Below are positions 9,874-18,016 of a stretch of 64,000 nucleotides of DNA, piece by piece; position 1 is the stretch's first letter, and each line of letters starts with the position of its first letter. The notes under the pieces were generated by a model that was not told the origin of the DNA, did not search any database, and saw nothing but the letters and a program-made list of their open reading frames with translations. A program made the position numbers and the translations under genes. This stretch comes from Candidatus Sulfopaludibacter sp. SbA3 (GTDB lineage Bacteria > Acidobacteriota > Terriglobia > Bryobacterales > Bryobacteraceae), in assembly GCA_945890485.1 (NCBI GenBank), contig CAMDCN010000004.1:353813-417812 (forward strand), read 5' to 3'.

Positions 9874-11025
9874 TTAGGGGGTCACCATGCGCCGGAGAAA
9901 GGAGTTGACGGCAATCTCGGCCATGGTCGATTTGAAGTTTCCACGAATCCGGGTACGAAGCTCCCGGTAGCTGATGGTGCCGGCGAACAGTTCCTGCATT
10001 ACAGCGTGGATGCGGGGGCTCCGGCGGAGGAATTGAAGCAACCGGGTGGTATTGGCTCCTCCGCAGAAGCGGCCGAGATAGACCCGGCGGGCGAGCGTCG
10101 CGGCGTAGGCCAAGTCGTCGGCGAATTCAGAACGAACCGAATCGGCATAGGCCTCCGGCCGACCTTCGGCGAGAAGCTGCCCGGCGAGGTCGCCCGACCG
10201 CATTGCGTAATAGATGCCCTCACCCGTCACTGGATCGACGAGCCCAGCCGCGTCTCCCACTGCCAACCACCCGGGCCCAGCCAAGCGGTTTCCCGACCAA
10301 GAGGAAGGATCGAGTGACGGCAGCATGTGGGCGTAAAATTTCGCGTCCTTGTAGCTGATACCGCGGCCTCTAAGGTAGTGCTCCAGCCGTTGGCGCAACG
10401 CCGCCGCCGTCTCCCCTTTGCCGCAGATTCCAGCGGAAAGGTGACCGTTGCGCGGGAAGATCCAGATGTAGCCCTCAAGGCCGGCGAAAAACCGAAGGTC
10501 GATGTGGGATTGATCGGATGCGATGTAGTACCCGAGCGCGATCATCGAATCGGCAGGGGTCCAGGCGGTGCCGACTTGGCGGAGAGGATTGCGCGCGCCC
10601 GTGGCCACAATCAGGAAATCGCATGTAAGACTGGGGCCGGATCGGGTCGCGATACGCCAGGTGGACGCCAGGCGGTCAATTCCCGTCACCCGTGACGAAA
10701 CCAGTTCGGCTCCTGCGCTGGACGCTCGGTCAAGGAGCAACTGATTCAGCTCGCGGCGGGAGAAGATGAGCAATGGCTGTTGGAGATCGAGCCGGAGGGG
10801 CTCGGTATGATCGGCGTGCAGCCAGGTCGAGCGGACAGCACGATTGGTGGCCTGTTGCAGAAACGGGTATTGGTGATAGGCCTTCCACGTGACCCCGCCA
10901 CCGCACGGCTTCTCCCACGCCAGCTTTTCATCGATCAGAATTGTGCGAAGCCCGGCGCTTGCCAAGCGCTCTGCGGCCATCGATCCGGCGGGCCCACCGC
11001 CGAGAACGGCGACAGTTCGGGTCAC
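9874..11025 (-). CDS. geranylgeranyl reductase family FAD-dependent oxidoreductase
   Basis: VAVLGGGPAGS dinucleotide fold plus the KPCGGGV motif. I moved the start to GTG 11025, which overlaps the TGA of the upstream lipoprotein gene (GTGA). The 44-codon Arg-rich extension in the ORF track looks spurious. Confidence 0.8.
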   Translation of the reverse strand: MTRTVAVLGGGPAGSMAAERLASAGLRTILIDEKLAWEKPCGGGVTWKAYHQYPFLQQATNRAVRSTWLHADHTEPLRLDLQQPLLIFSRRELNQLLLDRASSAGAELVSSRVTGIDRLASTWRIATRSGPSLTCDFLIVATGARNPLRQVGTAWTPADSMIALGYYIASDQSHIDLRFFAGLEGYIWIFPRNGHLSAGICGKGETAAALRQRLEHYLRGRGISYKDAKFYAHMLPSLDPSSWSGNRLAGPGWLAVGDAAGLVDPVTGEGIYYAMRSGDLAGQLLAEGRPEAYADSVRSEFADDLAYAATLARRVYLGRFCGGANTTRLLQFLRRSPRIHAVMQELFAGTISYRELRTRIRGNFKSTMAEIAVNSFLRRMVTP

Positions 11026-11411
11026 GGCTTTCCGGGGGTGGCTGGAACCGGAGGATGCCCGGCGGGCAAGCCGCCGCCGCCATCGGTCGGGGCCGGGGCC
11101 GAGTGAGGGTTCGTCGTCGCGGCCGGAGCAGCGCCGGGCTTCTTTTTCACGACCCACTTTACGCCTTCGGCTTCCAAGGTATACGAGATCTTAATGCCGG
11201 AACCGGGTGAGCCCTTCGGACCGATACTGGCGACCGCCTCGGCCTCTTTCTCTTTGAAATCAACACTCACGACCTCCACGTCCATCGACGAGGCCATCAT
11301 GTCATCTCTCTTGGCGAGGTAGTCGACGATAGCCTGTTTGACGGCGTCCTTGGTCTGCGGCGCTTTGGCGCACGAGGTCAAAAGGAGAATAGCAAGAAGG
11401 AGGCGACGCAC
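11022..11411 (-). CDS. putative lipoprotein
   Basis: Signal peptide with lipobox (LLLTSC) and a Pro/Ala/Gly-rich C-terminal tail. No family recognised. Confidence 0.6.
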   Translation of the reverse strand: MRRLLLAILLLTSCAKAPQTKDAVKQAIVDYLAKRDDMMASSMDVEVVSVDFKEKEAEAVASIGPKGSPGSGIKISYTLEAEGVKWVVKKKPGAAPAATTNPHSAPAPTDGGGGLPAGHPPVPATPGKP

Positions 11412-11429
11412 TCTTCCAGTATACCGGGA

Positions 11430-11596
11430 TTAACGCCCGGAACCGGATTCAACCACCAATGGTTGCGCGCTCTCGATACTCGCGAGTACGGCCAAGGATT
11501 CTTCCAGAGCCGGCAGCGTGGGCGACGAAAACTGCTCCTGCTCGGCGACCGCCGAACCAAGCCGCAACAGATCCATTTGAAAAGAAACAATATCCA
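11430..11596 (-). CDS. possible small acidic protein (55 aa, MDIVSFQMDLLRLGS...)
   Basis: An ATG lies directly after the 11611-11649 terminator, and the ORF ends 18 nt before the lipoprotein gene. There is no homology that I recognise, so coding status is uncertain. Confidence 0.2.
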
Positions 11597-11610
11597 TAAA
11601 ATCCTTATCG

Positions 11611-11649
11611 GAAAAAAACAACCCGCTTCCAGGAATTCCTGAAGGCGGG
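11611..11649 (-). terminator. strong intrinsic terminator with no CDS immediately upstream
   Basis: Minus-strand CCCGCCUUCAGG-AAUU-CCUGGAAGCGGG (11 of 12 positions paired, including one G-U wobble; one C/A mismatch) followed by UUGUUUUUUUCC. Confidence 0.75.
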
Positions 11650-11880
11650 CTGCAAAGGGTTACTACGGGAGTGTACAAACACGGAACCGCATACATTCCG
11701 TTGATGATTCCAGGCCGAAGGCTCAGGCGGATTGGTTGGGCGGGGGGCGTGGAGGGATTAAAGGGGGATACAGCTTACTGGCAGGTCCAACTGGGGAAAG
11801 TAGCGGGGATCAACCCTCACCACTTGAGCCCTTCCCGGTATCATCACACCCAGATCTAAAGCAAGTAGCGTGCCAAACGG
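11650..11880 (-). ncRNA. candidate structured RNA (riboswitch-like leader or sRNA) ending at the 11611-11649 terminator
   Basis: There is no credible ORF. The minus strand carries GGUGU-GAUG-AUACC hairpin, GGGAAG, GGUGAG, CCCCGCUACU and GACCUGCC blocks (11780-11850) reminiscent of the cobalamin riboswitch core and B12 box, but spacing deviates from the consensus. Class is unverified. Confidence 0.3.
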
Positions 11881-11882
11881 CA

Positions 11883-11915
11883 GAGGAGGGAAATACGCTG
11901 TATTTCCCGCCTCTA
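11883..11915. repeat. near-perfect 15-bp-arm inverted repeat
   Basis: agaggagggaaatac-gct-gtatttcccgcctct, with a single mismatch in the arms. Confidence 0.6.
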
Positions 11916-11979
11916 AGAGCAATATACCTAGGAATATTTTCCCGAGAGTACTACTGGAACCGTGCAATTTTGGGCAGGT

Positions 11980-12008
11980 GTTCCATTTCGGGATTCCCGA
12001 AATGGAAC
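11980..12008. repeat. perfect 14-bp-arm palindrome 7 nt downstream of the TolC-like stop codon
   Basis: gttccatttcggga-t-tcccgaaatggaac. There is no U-tract on either strand, so it may be a U-tract-less terminator or a protein-binding site. Confidence 0.6.
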
Positions 12009-12014
12009 TTCGCG

Positions 12015-13949
12015 CTATTGGACTCCCGGAACCGTGCTCGGCGGACGGGAAACAACGCCTTTTAGCGCCTCGTCCATCTCGATGCTATTGGCAACCAGCG
12101 TCTGCCCGGTCGCGCGTTCGAGATCGTTCCTGGCGCGCGCATAGGCACTCAGCGCCGCCACTTCATTCGCTTGGGCCGAAGTCAGATCTCGCTGCGCCTG
12201 GATGACGAAGAAGATGGTAGAGGCACCGAGGCCATACTTCTTCTGCTCGGCGTCGAGCGTCTGTTCCTGCAGCACCCGGTTCTTGACAGCCGTCTGATAG
12301 CGGGCACGGGCCTGCTGCAGACTGATGAGCGCGTTCTGCACGTCGACCCGAACCTGGTTCAGTTGTTGCTGCAACCGGACTTCGCTCTGACGAATGGAAA
12401 GCTGTTCACGGATCATGTCCGATTGCGCCGCGCGATTCCGCAGCGGAATGTTGAGGGTGACACCGACGGCATAGTCAGGAAAGTTCCGCCGGAACACCTG
12501 GCCAAGCGCCGTACCGTAGCCGCCGAGGAAGAAGCCATCGACCGAGGCCGGGTTTCGAGCGATGGGGTCTGTATTCGTGGCGCCGGGAACCGGAGGCACC
12601 GGCAAAGAGTTCAGGCTACCGGACAAACCGTTGTTCTGGAAGCTGCCGAAGGCGTCGATGGAGGGCCGCAGAGCGTTTTTCGTGCCGACCAGACCGATTT
12701 TCGAGCTCTCAATATTGATACGCGACTGCTCCACTTCGGGGCGCATATCCATCGCTTTGGTCACCAGATCCTGAATCGGCTGGATGGGTTCGTTTTCCGG
12801 GATGCGGATCTTGTCCGTCGCGATGATGCGCGAGTCAGCCAGCGAAGCGCTGGCCACGCCGGTGCGCGAAAGCGCGTTCTTCATCACGGTCTCTTGCTGC
12901 AGCAGGTTCGTTTCCGAGATCGTCAACTCCTGTTGGCTCCGGGCCACTTCCGCTTCCGCGCGGATGATTTCGATTGGAGCCAGGGTGCCGATCTCCACCT
13001 GCTTCTTGTTGTCGTCGTACAACTTCTGATTCAACGCCAGCGCCTGACGCTTTACAAGTACGTCCTCATTGGCGGCGACCAGATCCCAATACAAACCGAT
13101 GATTCCGGCCACAGTCGAGATCACCTGCTGTTTGAAGGCGAGTTCTGAAACCTTCAAATTGTTCCTGCCGATACGGATGTTCCGGTTGTTGACAGCGAAG
13201 CCGAAACCCTGCAATAGGCGCTGCTGGACCTGGATATTCGCATTCACGTTGCGAGAAGGGTTAAAGTCCAAACGTCCGGAGTTCTGTTCCGAAATGAAGT
13301 TGTTAAAGCCCAGCGAGACCGACGTTCCCGAGATGAAGGATTTGCTGACGTTGAACTGGGAAACATTCCGGTTAGAGATCAGCGAACTCGTACCGGTATT
13401 GAATAGTGTGGTCTGCGGTTGCGTCGTCTTGCTCTTCTGAAGCGTGGACGTGAAGACGGGATCGAAGCTCGCTACGTTGAGACTTGTGCCGGTCGCCTGC
13501 GCCGTCACAGCCTGCGAGGTGCTCTGAATGCCGCCGCCGCCCTGAAGGCCACCACCACCGCCGCCGCCGCCCGCGCCCACCTGCGTCGTACCCGTATTAA
13601 TGAAGTTCCCCTGATTTCGGGCAATACCACCGGCGATCGCACGATTCAGGTCCTGCTCGGAGATCCTCGGCCCGTAGCGCTGAAGCTCGATGTCCAGATT
13701 GTTCTCGAGCGCCAAGGCGATCGTATCCTGCAACGAGAGGTAGAGTTTGCCGGCCCGGAGCAGTTGCTCCAAGCGATTAGAGTTGCCCACATTAATCGGG
13801 GCGATATCCCGCCAAGTGTAGGGATCTGTGAAGCGACCTTGCCACCAGTTGCCAAAGGAGCTTGCCTTCTTGGTCTCCTGGGGCAGCGCGGCCGGGCTGA
13901 CCATCAGCATGGCGCATATCAGGCTAATCGGACGTCGTATGGAAATCAT
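12015..13949 (-). CDS. TolC family outer membrane efflux protein (long form, 644 aa)
   Basis: Signal peptide, two OEP repeats (LSLQDTIALALENNLDIE...; coiled-coil Q/L/R-rich helices) and a poly-Gly insertion. Confidence 0.85.
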   Translation of the reverse strand: MISIRRPISLICAMLMVSPAALPQETKKASSFGNWWQGRFTDPYTWRDIAPINVGNSNRLEQLLRAGKLYLSLQDTIALALENNLDIELQRYGPRISEQDLNRAIAGGIARNQGNFINTGTTQVGAGGGGGGGGLQGGGGIQSTSQAVTAQATGTSLNVASFDPVFTSTLQKSKTTQPQTTLFNTGTSSLISNRNVSQFNVSKSFISGTSVSLGFNNFISEQNSGRLDFNPSRNVNANIQVQQRLLQGFGFAVNNRNIRIGRNNLKVSELAFKQQVISTVAGIIGLYWDLVAANEDVLVKRQALALNQKLYDDNKKQVEIGTLAPIEIIRAEAEVARSQQELTISETNLLQQETVMKNALSRTGVASASLADSRIIATDKIRIPENEPIQPIQDLVTKAMDMRPEVEQSRINIESSKIGLVGTKNALRPSIDAFGSFQNNGLSGSLNSLPVPPVPGATNTDPIARNPASVDGFFLGGYGTALGQVFRRNFPDYAVGVTLNIPLRNRAAQSDMIREQLSIRQSEVRLQQQLNQVRVDVQNALISLQQARARYQTAVKNRVLQEQTLDAEQKKYGLGASTIFFVIQAQRDLTSAQANEVAALSAYARARNDLERATGQTLVANSIEMDEALKGVVSRPPSTVPGVQ

Positions 13950-14098
13950 GGGAGTCAGATGGGATATCGGAAAAGACGAACTCTACGGGGCCGTTGTTCC
14001 AGGAAATATGTATATGGTAACGCAAGACTTAACGATCTTCCATGTCCGAAAATGGGACGGTTGGGATCCCGCCTCCACTCCTGCTATCCTGAGCGGGA

Positions 14099-14689
14099 AT
14101 GTCTGATCCTGTCTTGGCGATTTTCGAGGCTACCGGCGCGTATTTGCGGGGCCATTTCCGGTTGACAAGTGGGCTCCATAGCCCGGAATATTTGCAATGC
14201 GCCAAAGTCTTGCAGCACCCCACCCATGCCTTCGACTTCGGCGTGGCGTTAGGCCGCGAATTCGGCAAGCTCACCGGGGGCCAAAAGATCACCGCCGTGG
14301 TGAGCCCGGCCATGGGTGGCTTAATTATCGGTCACGAAGTGGCGCGCGCCGTTGGCGCCCGATTCATATTTACCGAGCGTGATGCAGCGACGGGGAAGAT
14401 GACCCTGCGCCGCGGATTCGAGATTGAACCCGGCGAAACCACCGTCGTTGTCGAAGACGTCATCACCACGGGCGGCAGCACCCGGGAAGTGATCGAAATC
14501 CTGGAAGCTCGGGGAGCAAAAGTTCTGGCCGCGGGCTCGATCATCGACCGTAGCGGAGGCCAGGCTGACGTTGGGGTGAAGCGGATTGCATTGGCTACGA
14601 TGCAAGTCACGACGTGGTCCCCGGAGAACTGTCCGCTCTGCCAGAAAGGCCTGCCGGTAACCAAGCCCGGCTCGCGGAATGCCGCCTGA
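14099..14689 (+). CDS. pyrE: orotate phosphoribosyltransferase
   Basis: GHFRLTSGLHS... and the PRPP-binding loop VVVEDVITTGGS; 196 aa. Confidence 0.9.
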   Translation: MSDPVLAIFEATGAYLRGHFRLTSGLHSPEYLQCAKVLQHPTHAFDFGVALGREFGKLTGGQKITAVVSPAMGGLIIGHEVARAVGARFIFTERDAATGKMTLRRGFEIEPGETTVVVEDVITTGGSTREVIEILEARGAKVLAAGSIIDRSGGQADVGVKRIALATMQVTTWSPENCPLCQKGLPVTKPGSRNAA

Positions 14690-15434
14690 AGGCCGGACCA
14701 TCCGGCTAACCATCGCCTATGACGGGGCGGACTACGCCGGCTGGCAGGTGCAGCCGGACGAGGTCACCATTCAAAGCGAGATTGAGCGGGCTCTCTACCT
14801 GGCAACCAAAGAGAGAGTCACGATCCATGGCAGCGGCCGAACCGACGCCGGGGTCCACGCTCTCGGCCAAGTGGCTTCGTTTCGCACTTTGAATCCGATT
14901 CCGGTGGAGAATCTCCAACGGGCGGTGAACCGGCTGCTGCCTCCCGCCATCCGCATTGTGGGAGTCGCCGAGGCGCCCGCCGAATTCCATGCCCGGTTCT
15001 CCGCGCGCGGCAAACGGTACGAGTACCGCATCTGGCGCGAACTGATTTGTCCGCCCCATCTGGCCCGGTATGTCTACACGCACCCGTATCCGCTTGATGT
15101 ACCGGCGATGATCGCAGCCGCCCCGCTCTTTCTCGGTGAGCACGACTATTCTTCCTTCTCCGCCGCCGATGCCAAGGATGCTCTGGGCCACTCGAAGGTC
15201 CGCCGGATCTGGATCTCCGAGATGGTCGAGGAGGGACCGCTAGTCATTTACCGCGTCGAAGGCAGCGGCTTCCTGAAGCACATGGTCCGCAATCTGGTGG
15301 GCACGCTGATCGAGGTCGGCCGAGGCAACCTTTCGGCCGAAGGCCTCCTCGATCTGCTCGCCAAACCGCAACGCGCCCGGGCCGGCAACACCGTTCCCGG
15401 GCGCGGATTGTATCTGGTGCGGGTGGACTACTAA
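14679..15434 (+). CDS. truA: tRNA pseudouridine(38-40) synthase
   Basis: IAYDGADYAGWQVQP and GSGRTDAGVHA (catalytic Asp) motifs. It overlaps the pyrE end by 11 nt. Confidence 0.95.
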   Translation: MPPEGRTIRLTIAYDGADYAGWQVQPDEVTIQSEIERALYLATKERVTIHGSGRTDAGVHALGQVASFRTLNPIPVENLQRAVNRLLPPAIRIVGVAEAPAEFHARFSARGKRYEYRIWRELICPPHLARYVYTHPYPLDVPAMIAAAPLFLGEHDYSSFSAADAKDALGHSKVRRIWISEMVEEGPLVIYRVEGSGFLKHMVRNLVGTLIEVGRGNLSAEGLLDLLAKPQRARAGNTVPGRGLYLVRVDY

Positions 15435-16639
15435 CCGCGGACGGCGAAGCAGGTCAGCTTGTCCTGATCGCGAACGAACAACCGGCCATCCGAGAGCACG
15501 GGCAGCGTCCAAACCGGATATTCGCCGCGGCCAATTTTGTGGCGGGCGGTCTCTTTGTAGGCGGTCGGCGTGGCTTCCGCCAGCGCGAGGATCCCGTCCT
15601 CTCCCTGCAGGTACAGCAGGCCATCCGCGAAAATCAGTTGGCCCTTGCCGACGCTGCGGTCTCGCCAAGCGACCTCCCCGCTCATCAGCTTCATGCAAGT
15701 CAGGATGTTCGAGGAGAACCCGTAGACATGCTCGCCCACTAAAACGCTGGAGCAGTAGTGGTTCCGCATATCCCGATTGAAGTAGACCTCTTCGGCCTTC
15801 ACCTTCCCGCCGGCACCACTCAATTTCAGCAAGGCGCAGCCCGTGCCGTAGTCGGAACTCACGAACAGATGGCCGTTCGTATAAAGCGGCGTGGCGATGT
15901 TCGCCGTCCGGTTCGCAACTTTGTCGTAGCGCCAAAGGAACTCGCCGGTCGAGGCGTTCATCCCGACGATGCCTTCCCCGGTAAAAGTGACGACGTTGCG
16001 GATGCCCGCGAAATCGAACGCAATCGCGGAAGCGTAGCCGGCCGTGTCATCGCCGGACTTCCACAGAATTTTGCCGTTGGTCTTGTCGAGAGCCACCACG
16101 GAAGCGCCGCGCCCGCCCGGCTGCACGATCACTTTGTTGCCATCAATCAGCGGCGACTCGCTCATGCCCCAGTGGATGACGTGGCCGCCGAACTTATCGA
16201 CGACGTTCATCTCCCACTGCTTCTTGCCATCCATTTTGTTGATGACGGTCAGCGTGCCGTCGGCCGACATGCTATAGAGCATTTGGCCGTCCACCGTGGG
16301 GGTGCCGCGCGGACCATTGCCGCGGCTTTCGTTATAACTGCCGCCGGCGGGCGTCGCCCACAACTTCTTGCCCGTCGCAGCATCATATGCCAATACGAAC
16401 TCTGTCTTGCCCTGCTGCCCCTGCGTGTAGAGCTTGCCTCCCGAGATCGAGTACGACGAGTACCCTTCGCCCAGGCCCGTTGCGGTCCAGACGACCTTCG
16501 GACCGGCGGCCGGCCACTGCTTCAGCAGCCCTGACTCGGCGGACTTCCCATCGCGGGCTAACCCGCGCCATTGCGGCCATTCGGCGGCACTGGCGATAGC
16601 GGCGGACGAGGCGGCAAGGAACAGACGGCGTGAGGTCAT
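15431..16639 (-). CDS. PQQ-like beta-propeller repeat protein with a Tat-type signal
   Basis: N-terminus MTSRRLFLAASSAAIASAAEW. It has repeated G-x-L-Y / W-x-x-x propeller blades of the BamB/PQQ_2 type. Confidence 0.8.
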   Translation of the reverse strand: MTSRRLFLAASSAAIASAAEWPQWRGLARDGKSAESGLLKQWPAAGPKVVWTATGLGEGYSSYSISGGKLYTQGQQGKTEFVLAYDAATGKKLWATPAGGSYNESRGNGPRGTPTVDGQMLYSMSADGTLTVINKMDGKKQWEMNVVDKFGGHVIHWGMSESPLIDGNKVIVQPGGRGASVVALDKTNGKILWKSGDDTAGYASAIAFDFAGIRNVVTFTGEGIVGMNASTGEFLWRYDKVANRTANIATPLYTNGHLFVSSDYGTGCALLKLSGAGGKVKAEEVYFNRDMRNHYCSSVLVGEHVYGFSSNILTCMKLMSGEVAWRDRSVGKGQLIFADGLLYLQGEDGILALAEATPTAYKETARHKIGRGEYPVWTLPVLSDGRLFVRDQDKLTCFAVRG

Positions 16640-17142
16640 TTGGTAATCCCCTGGATCATTTGCTTAAACGCGGCTTCGTGGGAGGCAATGACTTTTTCCG
16701 GTGCGGTGAACTTAAAAAAAACACTGCCGTCAGGAGCTTCGACTATGGCGCCCAGCATTCGATAGCCCGGCTTCATCACCTTGTCGGGCGACATGGGCGA
16801 AGGGGACCAGGCGTAGGTGCCGGAGAGATCGAGATAGGTGACTTTATGGCCGGCGACGGTGCCGGCGCTGCGTTTCGTCTGGCCCGTCTTGGTGGGGAAC
16901 TGGCCCTCCCAGCGGGTGATATTGGCTTCCACGCCGCCACCCTGGCCGGGGCCAAAGTAGAACACCGCGCATTCGCCCGCCTCCGGGGTGCCGGGAATCG
17001 TGTAGGTCGCAGCGCGCATCGGGCGCTCCGGCAGGGCCTTCCAACCTGTGGGCATTTTCCACGAGAGGCCCGAGGCGCCATCGGCGAGGAGGAGGGTGGG
17101 GAGGAGAAGAAGGGAGGCGAAGATACGCTGCATGCCTCCCAT
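16636..17142 (-). CDS. secreted hypothetical protein
   Basis: Signal peptide (FASLLLLPTLLLADGA). It has a 4-nt overlap with the upstream propeller gene. No family recognised. Confidence 0.55.
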   Translation of the reverse strand: MGGMQRIFASLLLLPTLLLADGASGLSWKMPTGWKALPERPMRAATYTIPGTPEAGECAVFYFGPGQGGGVEANITRWEGQFPTKTGQTKRSAGTVAGHKVTYLDLSGTYAWSPSPMSPDKVMKPGYRMLGAIVEAPDGSVFFKFTAPEKVIASHEAAFKQMIQGITK

Positions 17143-17218
17143 TCTATCCGTCCGGCCAGCAATCCACTAATCCACTCAAGAGCGCCCGCAGCTAACGACC
17201 GTGGAATCCGAGAAGGTT

Positions 17219-17896
17219 TTACTGGCGACCGCGTCGATTGCGCTGGAGGAACAGGAGGCCGCCCGCGCTGAGCACCAGGACCCAGGTGGAAGGCTCCGGA
17301 ACGGAAGTGTACGCCGGGGTATCACGTAATTGGAAGGCCGTTTGGAAGAGCTCGGATGATCCATAGGGGGCCAAACCGTCAGCCTGAAATGTTGCGTAGA
17401 AGTCTGCCGTACCGGGCGGCGCAGAGGACGTGCTGCTCCAAAAGATCGGGGTGCCGTCGTCAGCGGTGCCCATCAGTCCTTCATGGAACGCCAGCCAGTA
17501 GGTGCCCGCTGCCAGCGGTACGGATCCAAGATTCACGAGAAATCGGTATTCGTCCATGCCAGGATTCTGCGTTCCATTGTTGATCAGTTGAACCGACGAG
17601 TCGCTGCCCAGAAACAGGCTTGTCCCGGGGGCGCCGGCGTTGTCGGCGAGGAAACGGAATCCGATGGTGCCTCCAAAATGGCTCGGCACGTCGTTGACGA
17701 ATGCGGAGCCGAAAAACAGGAGGCCCTGAAGCGTTGTCGCGTCGGCGAGCGTAAACTGCTGTGCGGCCGTCTGAGCCGAGATGCTCGCCCCATCAACGCC
17801 GTCGGGGGAGCCTCCGTCATAGATGACCGCCGCGGAAAGGGCGAGCGAAGTCTGGAAGATCAACACAGCCTGAAGGGCAGCCCGTAGAAAGGACAT
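17219..17896 (-). CDS. PEP-CTERM sorting domain-containing protein
   Basis: Signal peptide plus C-terminal VPEPSTWVLVLSAGGLLFLQRNRRGRQ (PEP motif, TM helix, Arg cluster). Confidence 0.8.
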   Translation of the reverse strand: MSFLRAALQAVLIFQTSLALSAAVIYDGGSPDGVDGASISAQTAAQQFTLADATTLQGLLFFGSAFVNDVPSHFGGTIGFRFLADNAGAPGTSLFLGSDSSVQLINNGTQNPGMDEYRFLVNLGSVPLAAGTYWLAFHEGLMGTADDGTPIFWSSTSSAPPGTADFYATFQADGLAPYGSSELFQTAFQLRDTPAYTSVPEPSTWVLVLSAGGLLFLQRNRRGRQ

Positions 17897-18016
17897 CAGG
17901 GATTCGCCAGTGAAAGAACCCCGGGGTTTACCTTACCCTGGAACCTTAGTCAATGAGCACTACGGCAGTCGGGTTTATGGGAGGGGTACTTGTATGGTGG
18001 TTCCGGCGCGGAAGCA

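Noticed and set aside
11026-11157. 44-codon N-terminal extension of the geranylgeranyl-reductase-family ORF.
   Set aside because: The extension is Arg/Ser/Gly-rich and overlaps the upstream lipoprotein gene by 136 nt. A GTG at 11025 forms a GTGA junction with that gene's stop and sits just before the GGGPAG dinucleotide-binding motif.
11430-11696. 88-aa minus-strand ORF from the track.
   Set aside because: Its first third is translated straight through the strong terminator hairpin and U-run (11611-11649). Only the part after the internal ATG at 11596 could plausibly be coding, and even that is weak.
11738-11768. Plus-strand G-tract cluster (GGG-CGGGGGG-CGTGGAGGG-ATTAAAGGGGG) as a G-quadruplex element.
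   Set aside because: It is the complement of the C-rich tract of the putative minus-strand RNA. G-runs are frequent in this high-GC genome, and there is no independent support for function.
11650-11990. Possibility that the gene-free region encodes RNase P RNA, tmRNA, SRP RNA or a yybP-ykoY (Mn) riboswitch.
   Set aside because: There is no GGAAAGUCCGG-type RNase P core. There is no tRNA-like 3' end or tag-peptide frame for tmRNA. The SRP domain IV motif (GGUCCGGAAGGAAGCAGC) is absent. The plus-strand GGGGAAAGUAGCG only superficially resembles the yybP GGGGAGUAGC box, and no plus-strand gene follows it.
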